Positions 27,524 to 40,300 of a stretch of DNA of 64,000 nucleotides are shown here, one piece after another. The DNA comes from Lingula anatina (taxonomy: Eukaryota > Animalia > Brachiopoda), in NCBI GenBank assembly GCA_051362555.1, contig CM120648.1:7932587-7996586 (forward strand). Direction: 5' to 3'. The translations under genes were made by a program, and so were the position numbers. Under the pieces are notes generated by a model that saw only the letters and a program-made list of their open reading frames with translations, made no database searches and was not told where the DNA came from. Position 1 is the stretch's first letter; every line of letters begins with the position of its first letter.

Positions 27524-28714
27524 TTTACATGGTGTTGTAAGAAATGGTCTGAAGTGCATAATTTTAATGACATCTTCGGGGTAGCCAGTTAACTTGTTCT
27601 GGAAAAGAATTACTATTTTGATTGAATTCTGGGCTCCTAGTATAAGTTATAACTGTTATTGCCTTTTTTACCTGATGGAGGTTTTTTGTGCTCTTGAAGC
27701 ACTCTCGTGAGTTTCATTGTACCCCAAAAATTAAAAGAATATTATGCACATGACTATGAAATAAGATAAGATCTTATTAGGGCTGTTTGATGAAAGAAAG
27801 TCTTTAAAATGTATTGATTACATGTGTTTTGGAATTTCCTGATCGTAAGAGGGATTATTGGCAACTGCTGCAAAAAATTATTTTTCTGTCTTCACTTTTC
27901 ATTTTTGAATAAAATGCTGTTAATGCAGTAACCGCAAACCTCCAGAGTCTTCCGGTGATGTTGGCAGCTGTGAATTAATGCAAATTTTGATTTATTTCAG
28001 ATTAACTGCTAGAAGAATGCTGGTCTGCAGATCATCAGAGATACATTTTGAAAACCATGATCGTTCAATCTCAACTGAGCAGGTGATCCACAGTAGCTTT
28101 GTAATTCAGGATTTGTAAAACAGGCAAGGTAATTTAAACCAACTACTAAATACTTTTTAAATTTGTGTGTGTTGATAGTAAATGACAACAAATGCCCATT
28201 TAATAATAACAATAATAATAATAATAATGGTAGAATATAGCATTATCTATAGTAACAATATACTTAAGGTACATAAAATACAAATGACTTGGTTCTCTTT
28301 ATGTTATGGCTGTGTTGATCATGAATAATTAATTCCAAATAAAGTAATTACCATTTGCAATGGGTTCTCATGATCATGAGCATATTTTTGGTTTTCACAT
28401 TTTACCCAGATAGAAAGTTTTGGTCATAGTTAAGCTTTCAAATTAAGCTTTCAGATCTGAATAAGATTTGCAGCAAGTGAAAAATTTGAGAATCTTTTCA
28501 TCGTGTCTACTGCTTTGGCATTTTCTATTCGAGTACTCCATGACAACAGTCCAAAGGTTTATTGGTTAAAAAGTTCACTGTAGAACCTTCAGACCAACAA
28601 ACCCTTTTATATAAAAAAGAAATGATGAAAATGTTACGCTTTTTTGGACCAATAAACCTGACCACTGAGAAGGCACTCTTCTGTTCAACTGACTGGAATC
28701 AGAAATATCAAAAG

Positions 28715-28756
<42 letters not shown>

Positions 28757-29353
28757 TATCATCATCATCAAAGCGTGATAGAAAACTATTAAATATGCCT
28801 TATCGATTTTATTTAATGATATTTTTTTCAAGGTCAGATGAGTTGTACTCCGATCATCATGTTATCTGGTTGAAGGCTTTTCATTATCAGAATGTTTCCC
28901 CCATTTGATCCATACACAAATTCAAGTAATACTTTCAGGACATTGCACCAAATCCCAGATGACATTAGTGATCTAGCTGTGGATGGTTTGTTCCTATAAT
29001 GTATAAATGTCAACTACCAGACAAAATGGTGATTATATACACACATCCCATTGGTTATTATCTAGCTTACAACCAAAAGGGATATTATATAGCTGGCACA
29101 TCGCTGTTCAAGCTGATGCCTTAAAATGTCAAATACTGCAAGGTACTTTTTTGACATGATATATTGTCCAATCACAGCCAAAATAACTCACTTAATTTAA
29201 TTGAAGTTACTGCCCCTCCTCATCCCTCTCTTATTCCCCCTTTAGTTTCACATAGTGCCACTGGTATATGTATGAAAATTAAAGATGTTTTAGAGTCCAG
29301 TTTCACCCGTTAAAGAACAATTAATTGAGCCCTTTCATAGCATGGTCTACTAA

Positions 29354-29702
29354 GGAGCCATTCAGAATGAGAAGATCTGAGTGCTTACTGCTGAATCCTG
29401 TAAGGGTCTCCCCGCCTCTTTCACATCTCTCCTCAGCATAATTAAATATGGCGGACCTACATGAAAGGAAGACTGCTGAATCCTGTAATGCCTCTTTCAG
29501 GCCTCTCAACGCGTTGTTCCTCGACTGGTCGTATTGAGTTGAGATTTAATTACTGCAGTGTCCCTGCAAAGACTACGTGTGGGGAGGTGTGAAAGAGGTG
29601 GAGAGATTATTACAGGATCAAACGATCTTCCTTTCATGTAGGTCTGCCATATTTAGGCCGTGGGCCAGTTAGCACTTGGATCTTCTCATTCTGAATGGCC
29701 CC
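29354..29702. mobile_element. PIF/Harbinger-like fold-back MITE
   Basis: TIR ggagccattcagaatgagaagatc...gatcttctcattctgaatggcccc, TAA on both flanks, nested internal inverted repeats. Confidence 0.82.
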
Positions 29703-30297
29703 TAATATGTTCAGTTTAAATTCGAAATAGTCAGTACACTATAACCCAGTCTTGGTCAGAAGAAATTATCGTCTTAAAAAAAAAAAAAAACTACTTCCTA
29801 CTTTAAAAGCAGGTGCAATTATTTGATATATTTGGACTATCACATTTATCTTACATCATGGTGGATGATTTTTTTTGTCTAAAAGATTATAGCCTGCACC
29901 TATTTATGAGCTAATTTAAAGTTATTTGTGAAATTGGCTAATTATACATAACTTTCTTGATTGTCTTTGAATTAAAGTTAGCGTATGGTTGTGTTATACA
30001 TGCAGTTGATTGGCTTTTGTTTGCCCTATTCTGAAAAATCTGAAAATCTCAGTGAATTTAATGTGGGAATTAATCCACTCCAATACTTGCATGCACATGC
30101 ATGTGTACATGAATATACATGTACTCGGATACCAGTATATCATTTTCATGTAACAGACCAAAAAGTCCCTTTGCAATTAACCAAATTTACCCAAGAAATG
30201 GGGTAATTGGCATCATTTGATATCCTTATTTCCAAACGAAGGTTCCTCCATTGTGCAATTAATAATGAAAATTTTGAAGGAGTCTTTTTTATGTCTG

Positions 30298-30647
30298 GTC
30301 TTAGCAAAATGAAAATTTGACAGCAATATTGCAGCGAAATTTCTGTAAACTAAAAGTTTGGAGCAACCAGTTCGCAGGAGTTTGCAAGAAAATTTTGTAT
30401 GGCTTCTTATTTGCGGTTCATTTTCTGGACATCTTTAGTTTGCAGCATGTTTGCAAAAAAGTCTTAATGTTACAGCAAATTTGCAGAAAATCAGCAGCAA
30501 ATCTGCAAGAACATCTTAAGCAAGTGTGCAAGCAAGCATTCATGTTCTTGCAAATTCTCAGTAAATTTGCTGCAAATTGGAAAATTTGCCAGAAGTTTGC
30601 AGCAAATTTGCCAGAGAGTTTTTGCAGGCCTGATATTTTGCTAAGGG
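30298..30647. mobile_element. MITE-like element with TTGCAGCAAATTTGC subrepeats (long copy)
   Basis: cttagcaaaat...attttgctaag inverted ends; many ttgcagcaaatttgc-like units. Confidence 0.65.
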
Positions 30648-31404
30648 TAGTTTCAGTTTGACCCTTGTGTCGGCATCACTGCTGCCACCTGCTGGTAGAG
30701 TACAACATTTGCAAACATTCATATTCTTGGCTTTAAATGTTCAATCATCAGTGAGTCGGCTCATATAAGTGGTGGCAGCAGCACCGCGATCACCTATAAT
30801 TTGTTATCAACCTTTATATTCAAGCTGCAGTTGGTGGGACTAGACTTTGCAAGTTCCTGACTTTGGCTTTCACTGGAGTAGTCCAATCTCACCTGAAGAT
30901 TTTATTTTCTAACAACAGATATTGGATTTTGCCAGGTACTTTTTAATGCTAGACTTAAGTTAATTAGCAGGTGGTTCCAAGGTGCTTTGGTTTTAACCTA
31001 TATTTACATTTTGAACCAGGAAGAGGCAGCTATTTTTTCGACTCCTTGTTGACAGCTTTGATGACTCTCAGTAAAATTAAGTGAGAAAAAAGGCTAAGTC
31101 AACTAATTTCCTAGAAAGCAGTACGATTTTGCGGACGAAGTGGATTAAAAAGCTTTATCAAACAGGAAAAGTTCTCCACATGAAAATATTTATTACAAAA
31201 CAGCACCATAAGACAGCAGAAAAGCAAAAAAACTGGTGTTATAAGAAATAATTCAAAAGCATCTAGACAGTTTGAGCCAAGGAGAAGCAAAATTAGATGT
31301 TACCAAAAGAAGATTTGAAGGTTGCAGTTGGATCGTAATAAGAATAAATAAGGTAAATTTCTTCACCAACCGTCAAGATTTTCAGTGCGATAGCAGCTGG
31401 CAGT

Positions 31405-34258
31405 ATGCCGGTAGGGGGAAGCCCTCACCGGTCAAACAGACATCGGGACTTGCCCGAATGCAATGGGCAGCCGCTATTGCTTCTCCACCAGCATAAGGAT
31501 CATGAAAATGGCAGCATTAATGAAGGAAATAATGGGGACATTGAAAATGGCCATCAGAACCACCTGCACGTGGTTACAAAGAGACCTCTGTCAAGACATT
31601 CTAAGTTGGAGGCTTATCTCACGGCACTAACAATTTTGTTGTTCTTCGCCTGCATAGTGTTCATATTTATTGCCTTTTCTAAAGACGGGAACTGGAGGCA
31701 ACAGGATTTGGGACAAGCCAGTGGTAAGAAGTCTTGCAGCTAATCTGCTTTGATTGATTTTTTTTTTTTTTTTTTTTTTTTTTTGCAAAAGATCAAATGT
31801 GAACAATACTTATATCTTTCAGCCAATTTCTCTATTGTAAATTGCAGAAAAGAAACAGACTTTTTTGCTTTAAGTCTTTTGAATTAAAAATAGCATATTC
31901 TTTATATAATATTAACTTAACAATTGTATTTTTATCTTGATGTGAACCTTGTGAACTTAAGGTTCTTTCAGAATATAGTATCTTTCCTTAAAATATTCTA
32001 CATACTTAACTTTTTGAATTTTATGTAAAATTTATCTTTTGAATTTAAGCAGCATGTGCAGTAGACGTTGTTGTCTTGTACTGAAACATCTGTATGCTCA
32101 AATTAGATATATCAATTCTTTTTAAGCAGCAGCTTCCTCCTTTGATGACGTCTGTATAACAGAAAACTGTGTTAAAACAGGTAATGTATTTGAATGTCTG
32201 TTCATTTGAATGTCTGTTTAGCATTACCAGTTGAATGATTGTGGCAATTACAAAAACATTAGTTTAATTTTGCTCTACATCAGTCACAAAACTTCATTAT
32301 ATACACATATAATCAAGTATAGTTATTATTATTATCATTATCAAAATGCCGTTCTGTGATAATTATTACTTTGTTATGAAAACCACAATGATGAGGTCAA
32401 TTTTAAACACCTGCAAACAAGTCACAGTAGCTCAAAGTTCTGTGAATAAGAGCCATTAGGAATACCACATAATGAAGCATCTATTATCTACAGTGTAATA
32501 AAGGAAGCACCTGCTAACAACTGTACCAGACAGTTTCAAACAAAAGTATCAAGTTCCATGTGATGATGTATGGAGTATACACAGCCACTTAACAAACATA
32601 TCGAGTTTCATGAGCTTATAGGCATGGTACATAATGCGTGTAGGCTCATCAAATACTGGGCTGGTACACTGTGTCTCTAAGACAATAAAGCCAGGGCTGG
32701 GATTATGTTGTATTATCAATGCTTAGGTAAATCTAGGAGAAATCTAGGGGTTTTAGTGCTTCACTGGGGTTTTGTGTGTAACCCGACAGCTGTGTTTTGA
32801 TCACGTTTTGTAGTGGGGTAACCTTGCACTTTCAGTCTTGCAGGGACAAGACTGGGGCAGTTTTCTATCAGTTTTTGATCATAAAAAGTTTTTTTCATTT
32901 CAGTTGACTCAAAGTCTGTTTATAAAAAGAGGAGTGGAGGGTTTTGTTAGGGAAAATGGTACATGTAACTGCATTGATTTTCAGATAATTGTAATTTGCC
33001 ATAGTTGTGTGAAATTATTTGATTATTCTTTTCGAGAAAAGGGACTGTTATTCACTCACTATTTGATTTCTTTTTAGGATCTCTCATATCAGTTAATATA
33101 TAAACAAAGCATATTTCATTTTGAAAAGAATAAGCGGGTCTAAAAATGTATTTGCTGTTTGTGATCTTGAGCTATGGGTTTGTGATCATGAATGCAGAAT
33201 AAAATTTGTGTTAAACCACTAGCTGGCAATTAAGCTAAATAATTTACACGTAAACTGCTAACATAAGTAAGTTGAGCCAACCAGTAGAACTGTACAAAAT
33301 GGTAAAGTGAAGTCAAGGCATGGAATTAGGCCTTAACCCTCAACAATGAATGCAGTCATTGACTCCATGGCATTTGTTGCCAAGAAGTTAGCTAATGGCA
33401 CCCTCAATTTTCCTGAGGAAGTGCAAAACTGGAAAACTCTTCATGGGATAAGCTCCAATTTTCACTTCAAAATGATATGATGAAAAAGACAAAAAATGCC
33501 AAAGATCTGCAGTTAGATTACTGAATAGCACTAATTTGCATTTTGGGCTTTATGTCGATTTTAATTCAACCTTTGATTCATACTTTTTTATTTATTATAG
33601 CATTGCAGACTGACTTGAGTATGATTTCATTGTCTACATTTTTATGGTGGTCCAGGCACTAATGATAGTTTAAACAAGACAGCTTACTAACAAGGGAGTT
33701 TAAACAAGATGGGATGTTTGTGCTAAGCTTTAACAGCAAAACTCCCCAGAGATTTCCAGATCAATGCTACGGTAGTTACTTCAAATTTCAAATGCCTCTT
33801 TTTTTCTGAAAATTCAAATTTTCAAAAAGTTTCAGAAATTTAAAATTGACATGTGGAAGTCAAGTCAAAGGAATGAATGGCATATCTGGAATCACCCACT
33901 TATGTGCAGGTTTTGATCTCTGGCTTTTTTCCAAGATTTTTACAGAGTTATGGCAAGTGTCAGGAGAGGAAGAAAAAAGTACATAAATCAGGTGGATGGG
34001 GGGGGGGATATCCTTTACCCTGGGATAATATTGTAAGTATGGATTTTAGCACAAAAAAAAAAATCTTGCTTTGTATACTTTTAATTCAAAAAGTGATGCA
34101 TAGATTTTGATGGAAGTTTTCAACTGTCCACATTTCCTTGTACTCTTCTCTGGCCTTTTGACATATTTTTCAGCTGTAAATAAAAAGTAAACACTTTGTA
34201 CATTTATTATATATTACACAAAGATAAGTAAGAAAAATGAAAATATTTTACATACCGA

Positions 34259-34318
<60 letters not shown>

Positions 34319-37300
34319 TTCCCCATACTTTTTCAGGTCACAAATGAGCTACCCTAAAATTGATGAGATTTTGGAATGATCCTTGAATTAATAAATGATT
34401 AATTTTTTTTCTTTTTGACGTGTATCTGTCTGTTCAAGCAACATTATGCCCATAATATGGAGGGCTTTTGATAGAATTTTCAGGATAGATTAAAATGGGC
34501 TTTATTTGGATACTTGAGTAGTTACTTGATTAATAAGACAATTTATTAAGTATTCAACCTATTTGTAAATCAATAAACTTATAATTATGATGGCAATTAA
34601 GCTTATTAGTTAATTTATAATTAATTAATGACAATTGAGTTATTTAATTAGTTGATTAAGTAATTAAATTAATACATGATTTATGAGAATTGAGTTGCCT
34701 TGGTGGAGGTTGGTGCTCTCTCAGTGCTTTTCTAGTTAAAGGGATAAAAACTCTTCATATGAAATCTATATTTCACATTAAATGCATTTTTACCACAAAA
34801 TGGCAGCTATAGCAATTATTCTGAAATCTGTGCTCGTCACTAGACCATGTGACCTCCACAGATGGCTATACTCTGTAAAAATCACTTAAGAGATTATTAT
34901 AAAAAAACTTTTTAGAAAAAAAACAGAGACTAACTTTGAATGTAGAAATGGATTCATTAACCATTGGTAAGTAAGGCAAAATTGTCGTTTTCTCCAGGAA
35001 AATTCTTTTTTTGGTCAAAATGAACAGTTGCTATCCTTAAATAAACATAATTTTTGTTTTTGTGTATCAGAAGTATTTTGGTTCTTAAGTGCCAAGAACT
35101 TGTTACTGACTTCAGGAAAATCCTTGAAACATTTTTATTTTTGCCTTTGTCCTCTTGAATGTTCTTTGAGGCACTGTGTGTTGTGTTATTCCATGCTATT
35201 GATTGGAAGGCAAGTTGCACACTGTTAGTGTTTTCTAAGACATGTCCCCACAGGCAGTTCATTTTAACCTAGAAACCTAGCACATACTGATGATTTTGCT
35301 TTTGTCTATTTAGCTATCAGATATAATTTACCGGTCTCTTATAAGTTATTGCACGCATATAATGTGTTCCAAGACATTTGTTCCCAAAGGCATTTTCTGC
35401 CTAGAATCTCACACTATCATATAATTTTATACAGACAGTTTGCCAATGTCTAGGGATATTTACTGTTATGAGCCAGACAGCTTTTTAGCGATTCATCTGG
35501 CTGTGTCTTTCTTTTTGTCTGTCTGCCCTTCTGTCTATCTGTCTTAGAGAAGTAAACTTTAGGAATTTCTTTTTGCGTGGAGACATACTACTCCAATACT
35601 GAAAATGCTTATCAGTAACATGCTTAACTTTGCATAATTTGTTGGAGACCTTTCTTTTACTTCAAGTTTGCTGAGTGGATTTGTTAGTTAATAAGACAGG
35701 TTTCGCTCAAAATCAGCATGATTGGGTAATTTTTATGAAATTTATTTATTTTCTTAGGGATTATTTCTGTTAAAATTATTGATTTTTATATTCTTTGTTA
35801 TTGTTTTTATTGTTATTATTGTCATTATGTGTAAATATTGTTACAGTGATTTTTGCTGTTTGGTGGTCTGTATATTTGCCAGCTTTGCTGTCTAGTTTTT
35901 CTGTTTTGGCCATTTTTAGGTTGGAGATGATAGGGAAACAAGAAACTGATAAACTAAACTAACCTGAGTAAGACAACAATTAAATTACAAAAGGTTTATA
36001 TGAAGTTAGTTCTAATGCTAAATTACATGTCACTGTTAATTCCCAGGAGGTCTGTTTGTATTATACCAGTCTAAGGATGGAAAAAAAATCAATGAAAAGA
36101 AGCTACACTGTAGTTTGGGTATGCCACCCAGAGTGTTGGTGGCCAATGACAGCTCACCTCTGCCTTTCATCCTGCGTATCAATGATAGAGATTACGTAAT
36201 TAGTTTCCATTGACCTGTGAAACGTAGGGTACCTGGTACACTGTATGTATAAGGCAGGTTAAAAACAAGGTGCTTAAGGCAGGTTAAAAACAAGGTGCTG
36301 AAGACTTTTTGTGTTAAAATGGAGAATTAAAGCACAGTACTGTCAATTAACATTAAATATGATATTATTGATGCACATTGTGACACATGCAGTGCGGTGT
36401 TTTTTATCTTTGTCTGCACAACATTGATCTGTTAGGGTCATATTTAACCAGTATGCCAGAAGACAAGACCTGATTTTTTTTAATAGCAAGGCATTTATAT
36501 TTATTTATTTACTTATATTTCTTTTCATGTACTTTTGAATTTTTTTCTATAAATGTTATATAATCTCATAATTGTTGCAGAGAAGAAAGACAGTCTTTTC
36601 AAAGATAAAAGATATCTTTTTTAGTGCTTATTGGACAAGAAAAATCCAAGTCCCAAGAAAGAGCACAATTACATTTAGCATCAGTATTGCTTGCTGGGAT
36701 CAATTTCAAATCAAATTTTTGGAACCATAGGGACTTTCTTTGAAAGTTATACCAATTAAATTAATGTGCAAACCAGATATTTTATTGGCTAGTTTCCATG
36801 TGTTAGCACATAGGGACTCAACTTGAAAGGTATACCTTTTGTGTACTGCGCAAATACCAGCTATCGATAAAGTTCCCAATGGGTCTACTGGGTATTTAAT
36901 GACCTTAGATAAAGCAGCATTATATGCCTAATTGCTGCTGGTGGCAGTTGAAATAGTTGGATGATACATGGCTGCTAGAAGCAGTGCCTGTCTGCAGTTT
37001 CTCCAGATATATGTAACTCAACTGTGTCCCAGGAAAGTGGTCAATTGGGGGCACTAAAGGGGGAGGGGGCATCAACTCTCATCAACCTCTAACAATAGGG
37101 TTGAGGGTTTTGTTGTTTTGTTGCACACTGCTACTGGTAGTTTGTAAGTAGTTTATTTCCATTCAGTCCTTTGGGAAATAAACCATCCCAGTCAATGAGA
37201 AACTTCCAACTGGTTTGTACATACACGGAAGTGGCTTGAAATGCATTGAATTGTTAGGGAACCAACCATGAGCTACAGGGGCCGATTGAGGCTGTGTTCT

Positions 37301-40300
37301 GTGTCTTCCGGAAGACGTTCAGATTTTCAAGTTTACATTAATGGGTTTCTATTTTGTTTCTGTTGGAAGACAGTCAAAAATGGAGGTCAATAGATCAACG
37401 TAGATAATTTGGCAGACTGTCAAAAAATATCTCTGGATCTGCCCCTGAACGTACCAGAGCATATGACATTTGTATGCATCACTGATCTGTGGGTTTATTT
37501 CTACATCAGTAACCAGGAATGTTTTAGTACAGTATGTAATGAATGGTGATTAATCATCTTGACTTGTCATTATCTTTAAGTGTCTTCTTGAAAGTACTTG
37601 TTTCATGGAATTCAACTTTAGAAGAATAATTATGCTAACCTTAGTTTGTCATATTTCTTTTTAATGCAAAATTATGACTGCCTGGGAGCAGCTAAGGAAA
37701 ATAGTGATTTTCTTGCTGCAGATCGAAGCAAGGAATACAAATAAGACAAAAGATTATAGAATGTGTTTCATGGAAAATACCTTGGGATTGGCCATTTATG
37801 CTCTAATGCATGGAATTGAGCGCTTTTAGCAGTTTCTTTGATAGAATTAAGTGGTTTGTGCACTTACTTGGAGTTTTTGAAATCAGTTTTGTATAAATGC
37901 ACTCTCTGGTTTTCTGGAAATGATGTTGACATGAAAAAAGGCTTTTAAGGACAAATTGCAAAAACAGATAAAAGTGTCGGTCAGGTGTTATGACACATTT
38001 CTGACTTAAAAAGATGTCTTGGTCTCAGAGCTTTGGTTTCGGGCTCATTCCCATTGTAACTATCGGCCTGTGTAGAGCGATCCTACTCCATGGGGACACT
38101 CACTGAATGCAATCAGGTTAAGAGATTAACATCCTCTTGTTTCCACAGTGCTCGTATAATCAGCAGCTTCTCCGAGTTCTACTCAATGCCAGGAGGAGGC
38201 GTGTCATTCTGACTCTTATTCTGATATTGTAGTTGGGTTGATCTATGTTGATAGGTAGTTTTATTGGGAATGACCCCATAGTCAAATTGAAGAAGTACTG
38301 CAACAAAAAAGTTGTTTAATAGTGTTAACACCACGGCCATATTCACCTGGTTATCAGTCTGGGACAATGCCTACATATTTTTTTAAGAATATAAGTTAAA
38401 ATGTTTTCTGAAGTCGCATGCCTACGTTAAACTTAATAATAATCATTATAATGATGTTGATAACTATAGCATTTTGATTTCGAGTCAAACCAGTCTTTTG
38501 ATGCCACTTTTCATCTTAAAGTTACTTCTACGTTAAATTCAATTTCTGATGAATATTGAAATTTGGTGATCTTAAATGGGCATAATGCACAATGCATACT
38601 AATATTCATTTTCAGTGTCAACTTTTACTTTAGTTTTCAACAGTATACTTTCACTTTTCAGCTGCAGCCTTACTAGAGTCTATGGACAGTAGCGTGGATC
38701 CATGTGAAGACTTTTTCCAGTATGCATGTGGATCTTGGAACAAGAAAAACATCATTCCTGAAGATAAGACTGGGTTTAATACATTTGAGAAACTGCATGA
38801 TGAGTTGCTTGTCAAGTTGAAAGGTACCACAGTGAATGTCTAACTTACAATACTTCATATTTTTGGGAGAAGGTGTCAGTTAAAGATGGATACTAAAATT
38901 GGGATGTTTAACTTCATTTTAAGAAAGGTTTAATTTACAAGTTGAGAAAATGTTTTATTTTCACCCAAGAATACCACCATGCAATTTTCAGTAAAATATT
39001 TTGGTAAAATAGCATGATACTTTCAAGATATGAAAGTACATGTGGTAGTTCTTTCAGTTTCATGCCTATTTTCATGGATTAGCTTTAAAACAATAAAATG
39101 CTTGGATAGTGTACACTGGCTCAGCTTATGTTTAAATGTTTTATTGTATTTGTAAATTTAGCTCTGCTTGAAGAACCCCTGAAAAGCGGTGATGCAGCTT
39201 CCATTGATCAAGCTAAAATACTATACCGTTCTTGTATGAATTTGAGTAAGTATAAACTCTTCTGCTATGTCTAAGAGCGCATTCCCAGAGATTTAGATTG
39301 ATCCATCCGGATCGACCTAACTCCCTGGGGGTTCATGCTAAATTGCTGTCAGCTGACCACGCACAGAAGTTAACTACCCCCTTACAGCTTTTAATAGGCA
39401 GGACAGACATTTAAGCCAGCTAAGCTGACAGTGATCAGTGAGACTCCCCACGGGGATAGATCGATCTAAAATCTCTGGGAATGGGGTCTAAGCCTTGTTG
39501 CTGCTCTATCTGTAAAACAAATTCTATATTTTTTCAACTAGCTAGAGCCAACTCTGGGGACAAAATGAAGGTCAAATTCAAACATAGTCCCAAATGTGCT
39601 CCTCATTCAGAATATTTATTCCAGAATGTTTTTCATGTGTACAGTCATAACATAAGCTAAATTCACACCTTTTGCAACTGCAAGATTTTATGGCACAACT
39701 GTTTAAGAGACATTTGAAAAATACTTAGAATTGTTCATTTTGTAACCGCAGTATCATTAAGAAGCTGCAGGTGGCTGCAAATATCAGATAAATTGCAAAT
39801 TCCACAAGCAAAAACTCCATGCAACAATGCAAGCAGATAATTTTTTCTCTGATAATGGCAAGGCATTCTTCTTTTTTACAGCTGAAATAGACCGTCTTGG
39901 TAAATCTCCACTTCAGGAAGTCCTGAAACCTTTTGGTGGCTGGCCAATAGCAGACGAGGCCTGGTCTGAAGGAAAATTTAACCTTGAAGCTACTTTGGGA
40001 AAACTAAGGAGACAGTTTAATCTCCCAGTTATGATAGACTCTTGGATTGCAGCTGATGATAAAAATTCATCAATACACATTTTACAGGTAGTCAGGAAGA
40101 AATATCGAAACAAATGTGATAATTGGCAGTCAAACAATATTTCTTACAGGCATATTGATAGTGTAGTTTTGTTTAGGCATTTTATGAAACAAGGCTTTGA
40201 AAAACAATTTTTTTTTAAAGTTAGAATAAAAGGTATCCCTTTAAAATTGACAGACAAAAAAGATCTTTTTTTTCATTTTTACTGTAGTGAAAGGACCTAA

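Noticed and set aside
33670-34030. Possible additional reverse-oriented non-autonomous element
   Set aside because: No second copy or clear terminal structure in the window to define it.
39827-40300. 157-aa ORF as a standalone gene
   Set aside because: Only 39882-40087 is a neprilysin exon; the flanks are intronic read-through.
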